From a virus (taxonomy: Duplodnaviria > Caudoviricetes), in the IMG/VR virus record IMGVR_UViG_3300032322_002946, positions 1-63,048 of that record: 63,048 bases of DNA; one strand, given 5' to 3'. Of this stretch, positions 1 through 10,392 are shown one piece after another. How positions within the stretch are numbered: the stretch's first letter is position 1; each line of letters opens with the position of its first letter. The notes beneath the pieces were generated by a model that was not told the DNA's origin, ran no database searches, and saw nothing but the letters and a program-made list of their open reading frames with translations. A program made the translations under genes and the position numbers.

Positions 1-589
1 TGAAGTTGGAGCACTAGATGGATTTGGTGCCTCTAACACTTGGTTTTTCGAAATGGAGAGAAATTGGTCTGGTCTCCTTATAGAACCTAATCCAATTGAA
101 TACAACAAGAGAAATCAACATCCGAGACCAAATTCTATTTTTGAAAATTGCGCAATTTCAGATGAAGAGATGGATATAAACTTCTTGTCTATAGAAGGTC
201 CGTGTAATGTTCTAAGTGGTATTCTGGAATTTTATAATGAACAACACTTACAAAGAATTAATAGAGAATTGGATATGTATAAATCATACCCAGAAGGTCA
301 TGAATTATATTCTCGTAAAGAAACAATAAAAATGCAAGCTGTCAGACTACAGACTCTATTTGATAAATATAATATGAAAGAAATTGATTTGATTTCTATC
401 GATGTTGAAGGTGCAGAAACACAAGTTCTAAACTCAATTGACTTTGATAAAACCGATGTAAAAGTTTTTCTTATTGAAAATAATTATGGTTTAGAAAAAG
501 AAACTCAGTTTCTTATTTCAAAGGGCTATAAGTTGCTAGGTAACATTCAATGGGACTCAGTTTTCGTAAAAAATGACTTTTTAATCTAA
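1..589 (+). CDS. FkbM-family SAM-dependent methyltransferase (5' truncated by window edge)
   Basis: Frame open from nt 2 (EVGALDG..SNT..FEMERNWSGLLIEPNP); SIDVEGAE motif. Confidence 0.85.
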   Translation, partial: EVGALDGFGASNTWFFEMERNWSGLLIEPNPIEYNKRNQHPRPNSIFENCAISDEEMDINFLSIEGPCNVLSGILEFYNEQHLQRINRELDMYKSYPEGHELYSRKETIKMQAVRLQTLFDKYNMKEIDLISIDVEGAETQVLNSIDFDKTDVKVFLIENNYGLEKETQFLISKGYKLLGNIQWDSVFVKNDFLI

Positions 590-1266
590 TGAAAAATATC
601 GTGTCTTATTCACTTTGGGGTGATCATCCTATGTATTGGATAGGAGCATTAAGAAACATCGAGGGTGTAAAAAAATACTTTCCTAATTGGATTTGTAGAT
701 TTTACATAGACAAAAATTGCAAACCAGAATTAATTGAAACTATCAAAGGTGAAAATGTCGAAGTTGTTTTAGTTGAATCAAAAGATTCTTTTCACGGTAT
801 GTTTTGGAGATTTTGGGCAGTAGAAGAATCTGATGTTGATATTTTTTTATCTAGAGATTGTGATTCAAGATTTTCTGACAGAGAAGTTTCTGCAATAAAT
901 GAGTGGTTAGAATCTGATAAAGACTTTCACATAATGAGAGATCACCCATATCACACAGTTCCTATTCTAGGTGGTATGTGGGGTTGTAGAAATGGAATTC
1001 TTCGAGGTGTTGGATTCTCAACAGCAATTGAAAAGTGGTCTAGATTTGACCGAAAAGGAATTGATCAAGATTTCTTAGGACAAGTCATATATCCATTTGT
1101 AAAGGACAAGGCTATGGAACATTCTGAATTTAATTTAAGATTCGGAGGAGAAAATAGACCTTTTCCAACTATAAGAAACAACTATGAATTCGTCGGAGAT
1201 GTATTTGACGAAAATGATGTTAGACATCCTGATTATTGGGTTTTAATAAAAAATATGAATAAATAA
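589..1266 (+). CDS. Putative glycosyltransferase-like protein
   Basis: SYSLWG start, SRDCDSR DxD-like motif, MRDHPYH, DQDFL; glycan cluster context. Confidence 0.6.
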   Translation: MKNIVSYSLWGDHPMYWIGALRNIEGVKKYFPNWICRFYIDKNCKPELIETIKGENVEVVLVESKDSFHGMFWRFWAVEESDVDIFLSRDCDSRFSDREVSAINEWLESDKDFHIMRDHPYHTVPILGGMWGCRNGILRGVGFSTAIEKWSRFDRKGIDQDFLGQVIYPFVKDKAMEHSEFNLRFGGENRPFPTIRNNYEFVGDVFDENDVRHPDYWVLIKNMNK

Positions 1267-1268
1267 TT

Positions 1269-1943
1269 ATGTGGAATGTAGAAGACAAAAATGGATTTGA
1301 ATATGAAAAAAATAATAATAGAGGTCAAATAAATTTAAATCAAAATTTTGGAAAATTAATTTTTGAACTCGCGAAAGATTTTAATAATAAAATTTTTGTA
1401 GATATTGGAACTTGGAATGGACTCGGCTCTACTAAATGTTTTATCGAAGCAATGAAATTAAATCAAAATTCCATTTTATATACTATAGAGAATAATACAG
1501 AAAAAATTGACTCAGCAAAAAACTCTTTAAGTAACGACATTGAATCTAATAAATTAGATGTGAGGTTTCTTAATGGAACATTTATATCTAATGATGAAAT
1601 AGACCGTTGGATTATTGATAATAAAATTGTATTAACAGAACAACAACAATATTGGCTTACAATAGATAAAACAAATTCAGAAAATCTTTTGAATATCAAT
1701 TTTGAAACAATTGACATTCTTTTAATAGATGGTAGTGATTATTCTGGTTATTTGGAACTTCAATTATTCAAAGATATTTCAAAATTTATTCTTTTAGATG
1801 ATGTTAATGGTCTAAAAAATAAGATGAGTAGAGAATATTTGATTAATTCTAGTGATTTCAAATTAGAACATGAGGATTTGAACGATAGAGATGGTTATAG
1901 TATTTTTTCTAATAAAAAATTAATTGACAAAAAAAATGATTAA
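1269..1943 (+). CDS. Class I SAM-dependent methyltransferase
   Basis: VDIGTWNGLGST, LLIDG, LLDD motifs. Confidence 0.7.
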   Translation: MWNVEDKNGFEYEKNNNRGQINLNQNFGKLIFELAKDFNNKIFVDIGTWNGLGSTKCFIEAMKLNQNSILYTIENNTEKIDSAKNSLSNDIESNKLDVRFLNGTFISNDEIDRWIIDNKIVLTEQQQYWLTIDKTNSENLLNINFETIDILLIDGSDYSGYLELQLFKDISKFILLDDVNGLKNKMSREYLINSSDFKLEHEDLNDRDGYSIFSNKKLIDKKND

Positions 1944-2766
1944 TCTACAAGAAGGCAATCTTAGAATAAAAAGTTTATTATCGGAAAATAAACCATTTGT
2001 AGCTTGTAAAATGGGAGCAGTAGAACAGCAAATTATGATATACAAATATCATAATAAACCCTGGGATAACAACCTTAGATGGCACGCTTCTAATCATGCT
2101 GGAGTTACACCTCCAACTGATGAAATACTAAATTTTTTCACAGATGTTTATACAGAGGCACTGAATAATACGGATTTACTATCTATTTGGTTTCCAGAAA
2201 ATATTAATTCAATGGAATATTTGATCTCTGAACATTATTGTAAAAATGCAGAATTTATGGGAGGTCTTCAATCTTTAGAACCATTCTACTTTGATGAACC
2301 CTGGAGTGAGGAACTTAAAGACAAAAAAGTCTTAGTAGTACATCCATTTGAAGAATCTATAAGAACACAGTATCTTATAAAAGACAAAATTTTTGAAAAT
2401 CAAAAGGTATTGCCAAATTTTGATTTAATTACATTTAAGACCTACCAGACTCATGGTGGTGGCAATACAGACTTACCTTGGGATTATTGCCTAAATGATA
2501 TGAATGAAAGAATTAGTAAGATAGAATTCGATGTAGCATTGGTTGCATGTGGGGCTTACGGTCTTCCTGTGTGTAGTCATATTAAAAATATGGGTAAGCC
2601 AGCTATTCACGTTGGTGGTGGATTACAAATTATGTTTGGTATCAAAGGTAATAGATGGGATAATATGGCCTCGGTGAATAAATACTACAATCAATATTGG
2701 AAAAGACCTTTTGACTCAGAAAAAACTAGAAATCACTCAGTTGTTGAAGGTTCGACGTATTGGTAA
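1936..2766 (+). CDS. GT-D-fold-like glycosyltransferase
   Basis: KKVLVVHPF, DVALVACGAYG, AIHVGGGLQIMFGIKG; ATG at 1936 preferred to TTG at 1924. Confidence 0.6.
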   Translation: MINLQEGNLRIKSLLSENKPFVACKMGAVEQQIMIYKYHNKPWDNNLRWHASNHAGVTPPTDEILNFFTDVYTEALNNTDLLSIWFPENINSMEYLISEHYCKNAEFMGGLQSLEPFYFDEPWSEELKDKKVLVVHPFEESIRTQYLIKDKIFENQKVLPNFDLITFKTYQTHGGGNTDLPWDYCLNDMNERISKIEFDVALVACGAYGLPVCSHIKNMGKPAIHVGGGLQIMFGIKGNRWDNMASVNKYYNQYWKRPFDSEKTRNHSVVEGSTYW

Positions 2767-2786
2767 AAAATAAAAAAAATAAAATT

Positions 2787-3455
2787 ATGACAGTTTGGGA
2801 AAAATATAATATTGCTCAAAATGATTGGGATAGTCTTGTGTCTATCAAGTTTTCTGAGAACGTAGTTGTCGGTGGAACTTATTGTGATGTTGGTGCATGT
2901 AATGGAGTTATAACCAGATTCTTTAAAAATTTGACTGGTGAAAATGGTATGGTTTATGCTTTTGAATTAAATCCATTTAATTATAATGCAATTCAAAGCC
3001 TACACTCAGAAAAGTGTATTATTGAAAATTTAGCAATCTCTGATGAGATTTCAAAAGTAACAATTTATGGTGATGACCAAAGACAAGGAAATCACATTTC
3101 TAATATTGTTGGCCACGACACTGCTTTTAGAAAAATGAATGTAATCGGTGAAGCAAATTCTACTACTTTAGATGAATATTTCAAAGATAAAAAAGTAGAT
3201 TGTCTTAAAATAGATGTAGAGGGTGCCGAACTGAGAGTAATTAAGGGTGGTATAAACACGATACTTAATGCTAAATATGTTATCATTGAGTGTCATTTTG
3301 ATTCACAATGGCCTGAAATTTACGAATTCATTACTTCTCACAATATGGATTTCAGATACTTGGTTAATGACGAGCCTGTAAGATTAGAGGATATGATGCC
3401 ATCACCTGGAATTGGTAAAAATGGTAATCCATATCAAATGTACTTAAAAAATTAA
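2787..3455 (+). CDS. FkbM-family methyltransferase
   Basis: DVGACNG, YAFE, LKIDVEGAE. Confidence 0.85.
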   Translation: MTVWEKYNIAQNDWDSLVSIKFSENVVVGGTYCDVGACNGVITRFFKNLTGENGMVYAFELNPFNYNAIQSLHSEKCIIENLAISDEISKVTIYGDDQRQGNHISNIVGHDTAFRKMNVIGEANSTTLDEYFKDKKVDCLKIDVEGAELRVIKGGINTILNAKYVIIECHFDSQWPEIYEFITSHNMDFRYLVNDEPVRLEDMMPSPGIGKNGNPYQMYLKN

Positions 3456-3463
3456 ATAAAATA

Positions 3464-3817
3464 ATGAACTTTTTTAATATAGACCTTCATATATCAATCA
3501 TAGCTGACATGAAGAAGATTTTTTCTGATTTAGAAAATATAGAGAACCGTTTGAAGGTAGAAAAAAATTTCTAAGGCAATTAAATCATCTAAATTTTTCT
3601 TTGTTTTAAATGATGAAATCGATACGTGAAGATTACCTAAATTATGAAACAAATTTCATTTACAAAATATAAATTAAAGAATAAAATGTGGAATACAGAA
3701 GATAAAAATGGTTTCGAATTTGAAACTTTAAATAATAGAGGTCAAATAAACATAGAACTAGAGGACTTATCTTCGAGAAATGGATATAGTATTTTCAAAA
3801 AAATTAAAAAGAATTAA
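3464..3817 (+). pseudogene. Deletion-collapsed remnants of paralogs of three neighbouring glycan genes
   Basis: 3464-3574 MNFFNIDLHISIIADMKKIFSDL resembles N-term of 3818 ORF; 3530-3680 carries pieces of the 5659 ORF; 3686-3817 fuses N- and C-termini of the 1269 ORF. Confidence 0.7.
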
Positions 3818-4894
3818 ATGAAACTATTTAATTTAGACTGTCACATTTCTGTGATTGCTGATTTGAAACAGATACTTGAAAATCTTGGTCACGAGGTCGA
3901 AAGTTGGTCAGTATCCGGTCATAATTGGGTGTTTGATAGAGAACCGACAAAAGTAGATATTGTAAATTCAAACACTTGGATGAATTTAGATGAATCAATG
4001 TGTGACCAATTCTATGAAAGATATAAACACGAACTATCTTCTTATGATGCTTTTATTTGTACTTACCCTCCCGCTTTTTCAATGCTTTATAAGCGATTCC
4101 AAAAGTCGATAATTTTACAAATACCTATAAGATACGAAGTTCCCTTTCATAATAATGTCGAAAAGTGGAATGGTTTTAACCAATATCTTAGAGATGGTAT
4201 TGATTCTGGTTTCATATTTCCAGTCGCTAACTCAGAATATGACAAAAAATATTTTGAATTTTTTGTTAAGAGGGAGTGTCAATTAATTCCTAATATTTGT
4301 GAATATACTAACACTACTTATAAACCAGAGTTTGAAAAGTTTTTATATTACAGTAGATTACCAGTAAGCTTCAACGGAGATTTTATTATTGATAAATCCT
4401 CATTGGGTAGATATAAGTTCTCAGACATAACTAAATTCAAAGGGATAATTATGATACCATATAATTGTTCAACTATGTCAATTTTTGAGTATTATACATC
4501 AAATATACCTTTATTTGTGCCGTCTAAATCATTTATGATAGAACTTTACTCAAATTTTAGTAATTATGTTTTATCAGAACTTAGTTGGAATAAAACATTT
4601 AATCTACCACCTTCTTCTGTTATTGATTGTGATAGAGAAAACGATCCAAATTCTTATAATAATATTGATATTATGAGAAGATGGATAGAGTTTTCAGACT
4701 TCTATAACGAAGACTGGATGCCGTTTATAACATATTTTGATTCACTAGAGGAACTACAATATAAACTAATAAATACTGATTTGAAAGATATTAGTAGTAA
4801 AATGGAAACTTTCAACATAGAAAGAAAAAGTAAGATTTATAGTCTTTGGCGAGAAAAAATTAAAGTAATTGATGAAAAATCTCGTAATAGGTAA
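3818..4894 (+). CDS. Putative glycosyltransferase (GT-B-like)
   Basis: IPYNCSTMSIFEYYTSNIPLFVP resembles GT-B nucleotide-sugar-binding segment; context. Confidence 0.5.
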   Translation: MKLFNLDCHISVIADLKQILENLGHEVESWSVSGHNWVFDREPTKVDIVNSNTWMNLDESMCDQFYERYKHELSSYDAFICTYPPAFSMLYKRFQKSIILQIPIRYEVPFHNNVEKWNGFNQYLRDGIDSGFIFPVANSEYDKKYFEFFVKRECQLIPNICEYTNTTYKPEFEKFLYYSRLPVSFNGDFIIDKSSLGRYKFSDITKFKGIIMIPYNCSTMSIFEYYTSNIPLFVPSKSFMIELYSNFSNYVLSELSWNKTFNLPPSSVIDCDRENDPNSYNNIDIMRRWIEFSDFYNEDWMPFITYFDSLEELQYKLINTDLKDISSKMETFNIERKSKIYSLWREKIKVIDEKSRNR

Positions 4895-5672
4895 CACATC
4901 ACAATTATCACATTATTTTCCTGATGACTACATCAAAATATCATCGAGAGACATAGATTTTGACTCAATTACTTCACAAAATTGGAACAGAATCTTTCTT
5001 TGTTTTGGTGAATCTAGAAAATTTATTAATGATATAAAAATTCACGATGATATAAACTTCTACTATACTCTTGAGGTTATTGATAAGTTGAAAGATGTTT
5101 CTAAAAACATAATAGTCTATTCTACTTGTGAATTATGGAATCACTACGATGGTAAAATTGATTTGTCTATGAAATTTGATTTTTATAGTACATCATACAT
5201 ACTCTCTAAATTTAAATTATCTAAATATTTAATGAATAATAAAAAAGATTATCATAATGTCTTTGTGTTATTTCCGTTCAATTTTAATTCTGTCTATAGA
5301 GATAATAATTTTCTCTTTGGTAAAATTTTCAACTCTATATTAAACAAAAAAGTAATTGAAATAGGTGATACATATTTCTACAGAGAAATTTTGCATCCTA
5401 AGTTCATAGTCAATGAGTCAATTAACGCAACCGAACATAAAATTGTTGGCACCGGAAGATTAGTATTTGTTAATGATTTTATCCGCGATTTATATTCAAA
5501 CTTCAATCTAAAATATGAAGATTATGTTATTGAATCATTTGGTAAATTCAATGAGTATGAGAAAAAGAAAGAGTATTATCTTAACTCAAATATTTGCCTC
5601 TACAAATATGATGACTTATTACTTGATACTATAAGCGATTTAAATAAAATTTTAAATAATGACCAAAGATGA
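4872..5672 (+). CDS. NAD-dependent epimerase/dehydratase-like protein
   Basis: LVIGNTSQL Rossmann-like start, YST, YxxxK (YILSK). Confidence 0.55.
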   Translation: MKNLVIGNTSQLSHYFPDDYIKISSRDIDFDSITSQNWNRIFLCFGESRKFINDIKIHDDINFYYTLEVIDKLKDVSKNIIVYSTCELWNHYDGKIDLSMKFDFYSTSYILSKFKLSKYLMNNKKDYHNVFVLFPFNFNSVYRDNNFLFGKIFNSILNKKVIEIGDTYFYREILHPKFIVNESINATEHKIVGTGRLVFVNDFIRDLYSNFNLKYEDYVIESFGKFNEYEKKKEYYLNSNICLYKYDDLLLDTISDLNKILNNDQR

Positions 5673-6429
5673 ATTAATAACCTCTGATGACATCTTAAAA
5701 TTTTGTAATAATAATAACATATGTTATATTAAAACAGATTTTTTCTACACTGGTCAATTTATTTGGCGAGGTAAGATACATCCTGATAAAATAGATGACA
5801 TTATTGTTGTAGGCCACTCTGATTATCCTGTCACCGATGATATATCAAAACATTTCAAAAAGATATTTTGTGTTAATAGAAATAGTAATTCTGAAAATAC
5901 ATTTGGTATTCCATTAGGATTAACAAATGATTGTAATGACTCACCTATTCATAGAATTTATGGTAACAAGAAGGTGGTCATTGAAGTAATGAATGAAAAA
6001 ATATCTAAAACTAATCTAGCTTATATTAACTTTAATATATCTAATTACCCAATCGAAAGACAGCCTGTATGGGACAAATTCTCAACAAAAGACTGGGTCA
6101 TTTTAGGAAGTATAGAAAACACAATTGAAGGACGTAAAAAATTTCTAAGGGAAATTAAATCATCTAAATTTGTTTTTTGCCCCAGAGGTAATGGTATCGA
6201 TACACATAGACTTTGGGAGACTCTGTATATGGGTAGTTTTCCGATAGTTAGATATGAAGATGCTCATCATCTATTTACAGATTTGCCAATTTTATTTATA
6301 AATGATTGGGATGAGATCAGTGAAGATTACCTAAATTCAAAATATGATGAATACATAAATAAAGACTGGAATTTTGATAAATTAAAATTAAATTTTTGGA
6401 CAAATTTCATTTCACAAAATATAAATTAA
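5659..6429 (+). CDS. Exostosin-like (GT47) glycosyltransferase
   Basis: SKFVFCPRGNGIDTHRLWETLYMGSFPIV. Confidence 0.75.
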   Translation: MTKDELITSDDILKFCNNNNICYIKTDFFYTGQFIWRGKIHPDKIDDIIVVGHSDYPVTDDISKHFKKIFCVNRNSNSENTFGIPLGLTNDCNDSPIHRIYGNKKVVIEVMNEKISKTNLAYINFNISNYPIERQPVWDKFSTKDWVILGSIENTIEGRKKFLREIKSSKFVFCPRGNGIDTHRLWETLYMGSFPIVRYEDAHHLFTDLPILFINDWDEISEDYLNSKYDEYINKDWNFDKLKLNFWTNFISQNIN

Positions 6430-6442
6430 AATAAATTTTTTT

Positions 6443-7204
6443 ATGCAGAATAATGTTGATAATATTGCGGTAGGTGTAGTCACTTCATCTAATCTTAAAG
6501 AAAGATACTCGGCTTGTCAGCAGACTTGGTTGAAAGATTTTAATAATACTTTCTTATTTGGTGGAAACGGAAATGATAGTTCTTTGATTAATTTTGTTGA
6601 GGCTGGTGAAGATTATAATAGTCATTTTTTGAAGCAACAACTTGGATTAAAATATATGTATGAACATAATGATTCATATGACTGGTATTGTATGACAAGT
6701 TGTGATGCTATTCTCTTTAAAGAAAATACTCTTTCAGAGATTTACAAATATGACCATAATACTGATTTTTTATTAGCCCAACCTTGTGGATTCTGGTCAG
6801 ATAATCCAATTCGTGAAGTATCTGAATCTGAATCTACTTTCAGAGCTATATCTGGAGGTGGGGGATTCTTTATAAGTAACTCTCTTATGAAAAAAACTTA
6901 TGAAAAAATTGACCAGTTTAATCTACACTGGCGATCTGTATCTGGTAGCAATTATCCATATTCAGATGTAGCTATATCTTATATGTTGAAGAAATATTTC
7001 AATATAGATTATACGTTTATACCTCAATTATTAAGTCAATCTCCGAAACACTATGAGGGTGCTATTCAGGGTGATATAAATGCACAATGGTATGTAGATT
7101 ACCCTATTTCACTTTCAGAGTGTCTTAAAAAACCAATGAGTTTTCACTATATTAAACCAAATGAGATGCAAAGTGTATATGAAAAATACAAAAGTGTGTT
7201 ATGA
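6443..7204 (+). CDS. Fringe/GT31-like glycosyltransferase
   Basis: QTW, YDWY..SCDA, SGGGGFFIS, SDVAI, SFHY. Confidence 0.65.
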   Translation: MQNNVDNIAVGVVTSSNLKERYSACQQTWLKDFNNTFLFGGNGNDSSLINFVEAGEDYNSHFLKQQLGLKYMYEHNDSYDWYCMTSCDAILFKENTLSEIYKYDHNTDFLLAQPCGFWSDNPIREVSESESTFRAISGGGGFFISNSLMKKTYEKIDQFNLHWRSVSGSNYPYSDVAISYMLKKYFNIDYTFIPQLLSQSPKHYEGAIQGDINAQWYVDYPISLSECLKKPMSFHYIKPNEMQSVYEKYKSVL

Positions 7205-7884
7205 AAATAGTGATAACAGGTAAAAATGGAATGTTGAGTAATGAATTAGCAAAATTAGAACCATCAATTCTAAGACTCGGAAAAAATGATTTTGATATAA
7301 CATCTACTGATATAATTTATAAGTTGTCTGAATTGAATCCTGATATTATAATTCATGCTGGTGCAATTACTGATAATTTGGAAGTAACAAAAAATCCATT
7401 AGACTCAATTAAGACAAACATTATTGGAACTGCTAATATATCAGAATATTGTATTATAAACAAAAAAAGATTAGTGTATATTTCTACCGACTACATTTAT
7501 CCTGGTACAACTGGTGATTATAAAGAAACTGATCCTATTCTACCTAATAATCACTATGCTTGGACAAAATTAGGAGGAGAATGTTCAGTAAGATTTGTTG
7601 ATAATCATTTAATAATAAGGACTAGTTTTGGGTCAAATAAATTTCCTTATGAAAAAGCATGGACTAATCAAATAGTTAGCAAAGACTATGTTGATATTAT
7701 TGCAAAAAAAATACTTAGGGCTTCGATATCAGAGATTACCGGTATTTTAAATATTGGAACAGAACCAAAGACAATGTTTGAATATGCCAGTCGGAAAAAT
7801 AATATTAAACCTGGATATTTAGAAGAAAATAAAAACTTTAGCTTAAATTTAGAAAAATATGAAAAATTACTCAATAATAGATAG
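7201..7884 (+). CDS. rmlD: dTDP-4-dehydrorhamnose reductase-like (RmlD family)
   Basis: ITGKNGML, IIHAGA, YISTDYIY, YAWTKLGGE. Confidence 0.8.
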   Translation: MKIVITGKNGMLSNELAKLEPSILRLGKNDFDITSTDIIYKLSELNPDIIIHAGAITDNLEVTKNPLDSIKTNIIGTANISEYCIINKKRLVYISTDYIYPGTTGDYKETDPILPNNHYAWTKLGGECSVRFVDNHLIIRTSFGSNKFPYEKAWTNQIVSKDYVDIIAKKILRASISEITGILNIGTEPKTMFEYASRKNNIKPGYLEENKNFSLNLEKYEKLLNNR

Positions 7885-9085
7885 ATGTCCAATAACCTCT
7901 AGTCCAGAAAAAATAAAATATTTTGATTTAGGTAACATACCTTTAGTAAATAATCTATGTGAGACAAGAGATAAATCACTTAGTGTGGAAAAGTATCCAC
8001 TTGATATAAACTATTTTCCTTTGTCTGGTGAATCATCACTTAGTATAGCAATTAACGGAGACTTACTTTTTTCACACTATTTATTTAAATCGGAAGTCAA
8101 TGTTCCTTATTATGAACATTGTAAAGAAATGTTCAGATATTCTCAGAATTATATAAAAAATAAAAAAGATATCAAAATAATCGATATTGGTGGCAATGAT
8201 GGAACTCTACTTGATGCTTTTAGAAGTTTAGGCGGTGAAAATTTATCATTGTTGAACATAGATCCGTCTAAAAATCTATGTGAGATTTGTCTGAATAAAA
8301 ATATTCCTGTTTTGAATGAGTTTTTTTCAAAGGAAATATCTCTAAAAATCAAAGATAAAGTAGATATTATAACATCAACTAATGTATTCCAACACTTATT
8401 AGATATAAACTCTTTTGCAGAAGGAGTTGAATATTTATTAAAAGATGATGGTATTTGGATACTAGAGTTTCCTTATTGGTTGCATGATATGAATACAAAT
8501 CAATTTGATCAAATATATCATGAGCATGTTTATTATCATAGTGTTAAACCAATGAAGATGATGATGGAAAAACATAATATGAAAATTATAAATGTTACTA
8601 AGCAAAATATCCATGGTGGTACATTAAGACTTATAATTGCTAAAGATAGTTCAAAGTTTAAGCCAGATTTCACGATAGATGCTTATTTAGAATATGAGAA
8701 GAAGTTTGACATTAGCTATCATATGAATTGGGGATATAGTGTAAAAAAACATATTCAAAAGTCGTCAGATCTTATCAAATCGTTGGTCAGAGAAAATAAA
8801 AAAATATTTGGATTCGGAGCCGCTGCTAAGGGATGTATTTATCTAAATACAATGAACATAGATTATAATCAGATTGAATATATAATTGATGATACAGATA
8901 TAAAGCAAAACAAATTTATACCAGGAACCGGTATAGAAGTGGTGAGTAGAGATATTCTTAAAGAAAATAAACCAGACTATATTTTAATCTTAGCTCATAA
9001 TTTCAAAGAACATATAATTGATTCATTAAAAGGTATTTATGATGGTAAGTTTATAGTATTGGTTCCGGAAATAGAAATACTATAA
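7859..9085 (+). CDS. NDP-hexose C-methyltransferase
   Basis: DLGNIPL, DIGGNDGTLL, FDQIYHEH, HGGTLR, FGAAAKG, ILAHNF. Confidence 0.85.
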   Translation: MKNYSIIDRCPITSSPEKIKYFDLGNIPLVNNLCETRDKSLSVEKYPLDINYFPLSGESSLSIAINGDLLFSHYLFKSEVNVPYYEHCKEMFRYSQNYIKNKKDIKIIDIGGNDGTLLDAFRSLGGENLSLLNIDPSKNLCEICLNKNIPVLNEFFSKEISLKIKDKVDIITSTNVFQHLLDINSFAEGVEYLLKDDGIWILEFPYWLHDMNTNQFDQIYHEHVYYHSVKPMKMMMEKHNMKIINVTKQNIHGGTLRLIIAKDSSKFKPDFTIDAYLEYEKKFDISYHMNWGYSVKKHIQKSSDLIKSLVRENKKIFGFGAAAKGCIYLNTMNIDYNQIEYIIDDTDIKQNKFIPGTGIEVVSRDILKENKPDYILILAHNFKEHIIDSLKGIYDGKFIVLVPEIEIL

Positions 9086-9102
9086 AAAAAGATATATAAA
9101 AA

Positions 9103-9771
9103 ATGAATAATAAATTTGAATTAAACCAACTAATACAACACGTTGAAGAATCAGTAGAAAATGCTAAAAATAATATCTCTAAATTAACATCGGAAATTTT
9201 GAGTATGTCTGGAATGTCTGGCAGTAAAACTAGGCATCTTTATAATAATATTTGTAATTTACCGGGTGCTAATTATTTTGAAATTGGAACCTGGAAAGGT
9301 TCTAGTTTTGTTTCCGCCCTTTATGATAATGATATCAATTCGATCGCAGTGGATAACTGGTCAGAATTTCATGGACCAAAAGATGAATTTCTATCTAATG
9401 TGAAGAAGTTTTGTCCTAATTCAAAATTTAACTTTATAGAAAAAGATAGTTTTTCAATTGAAGATGATGAAATTACTTCAATTTATGATAGTATTGACAT
9501 ATATCTTTATGATGGAAATCACACTTATGAGTCTCAAAAAAAAGCTATTACTTACTTTAACCATTTATTTTCAAAATATATTATAATAATTGTTGACGAC
9601 TTTAGAAGTGATACTCCAAATTGGGCAAATGTTAAAAAAGGCACTTTAGATGGTATAGAAGAATCCGGATTGATAGTTCATAAAAACATAGAGATAATAA
9701 CTTATCAAGAATCTAATGGACCTAATGAGTTCTGGAATGGATTTGGTCTTTTTGTTTGTGAAAAAATATAG
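9103..9771 (+). CDS. Methyltransferase (Methyltransf_24-like)
   Basis: EIGTWKGSS, YDGNHTY, IVDD. Confidence 0.75.
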   Translation: MNNKFELNQLIQHVEESVENAKNNISKLTSEILSMSGMSGSKTRHLYNNICNLPGANYFEIGTWKGSSFVSALYDNDINSIAVDNWSEFHGPKDEFLSNVKKFCPNSKFNFIEKDSFSIEDDEITSIYDSIDIYLYDGNHTYESQKKAITYFNHLFSKYIIIIVDDFRSDTPNWANVKKGTLDGIEESGLIVHKNIEIITYQESNGPNEFWNGFGLFVCEKI

Positions 9772-9785
9772 ATAGTTTCTTATAA

Positions 9786-10385
9786 TTATATTCTTTGAAT
9801 AATTGTAGGTAATTGACTAAGTTCAAGAACTTTACTTTGAGTAAGTAAGAATTCTATGTCATAAAAATTAAAGTGGAAAGTTAATGTGAAGTCTTTTGCA
9901 TTAACTTTTTGTTGTGAGTAGTTAAAATTATTATCTGAAAGACCTTTAAGAATTATTTCATAAAATCTAATTGCATAAATACCATCTCTGTGAATATCAA
10001 CACAAGTAATCGTAAATGGATTAACAAAGGCATTCTCTGTGTCTAAATAGTGCTTAGAAATAACATCAAACATCAACCAATAGTTTAAATCAGAATCAAC
10101 ACTCCTAAAAGTGACAGTCAAGTCACGGGTAGTTGTAATATCTTGTACGTTTCTAGCCGGTTTGAAATTTCTTTCTTTACCTCTCATAGTGATTTGTTTT
10201 GGCATATCAAATGAAATACCGGGAAAATTCACCGATTTTATAGTAGAATTAAGATAATCAATAACATTTTCATATTGAATCCAATTCTTTTCTAAAACAG
10301 GGGTATAAGTTTCTAGTATTTCTAATGGTAGAAAATCACTAGGTAGATTAAATATAAACTGACTACTCTGACTACTTAATCTCAT
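9786..10385 (-). CDS. Tail tube / tail-completion-like structural protein
   Basis: KSVNFPGISF, DLTVTF..D..LNY, FTLTFHF pattern typical of T4 gp19/gp3-like folds. Confidence 0.55.
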   Translation of the reverse strand: MRLSSQSSQFIFNLPSDFLPLEILETYTPVLEKNWIQYENVIDYLNSTIKSVNFPGISFDMPKQITMRGKERNFKPARNVQDITTTRDLTVTFRSVDSDLNYWLMFDVISKHYLDTENAFVNPFTITCVDIHRDGIYAIRFYEIILKGLSDNNFNYSQQKVNAKDFTLTFHFNFYDIEFLLTQSKVLELSQLPTIIQRI

Positions 10386-10392
10386 ATTTTAT

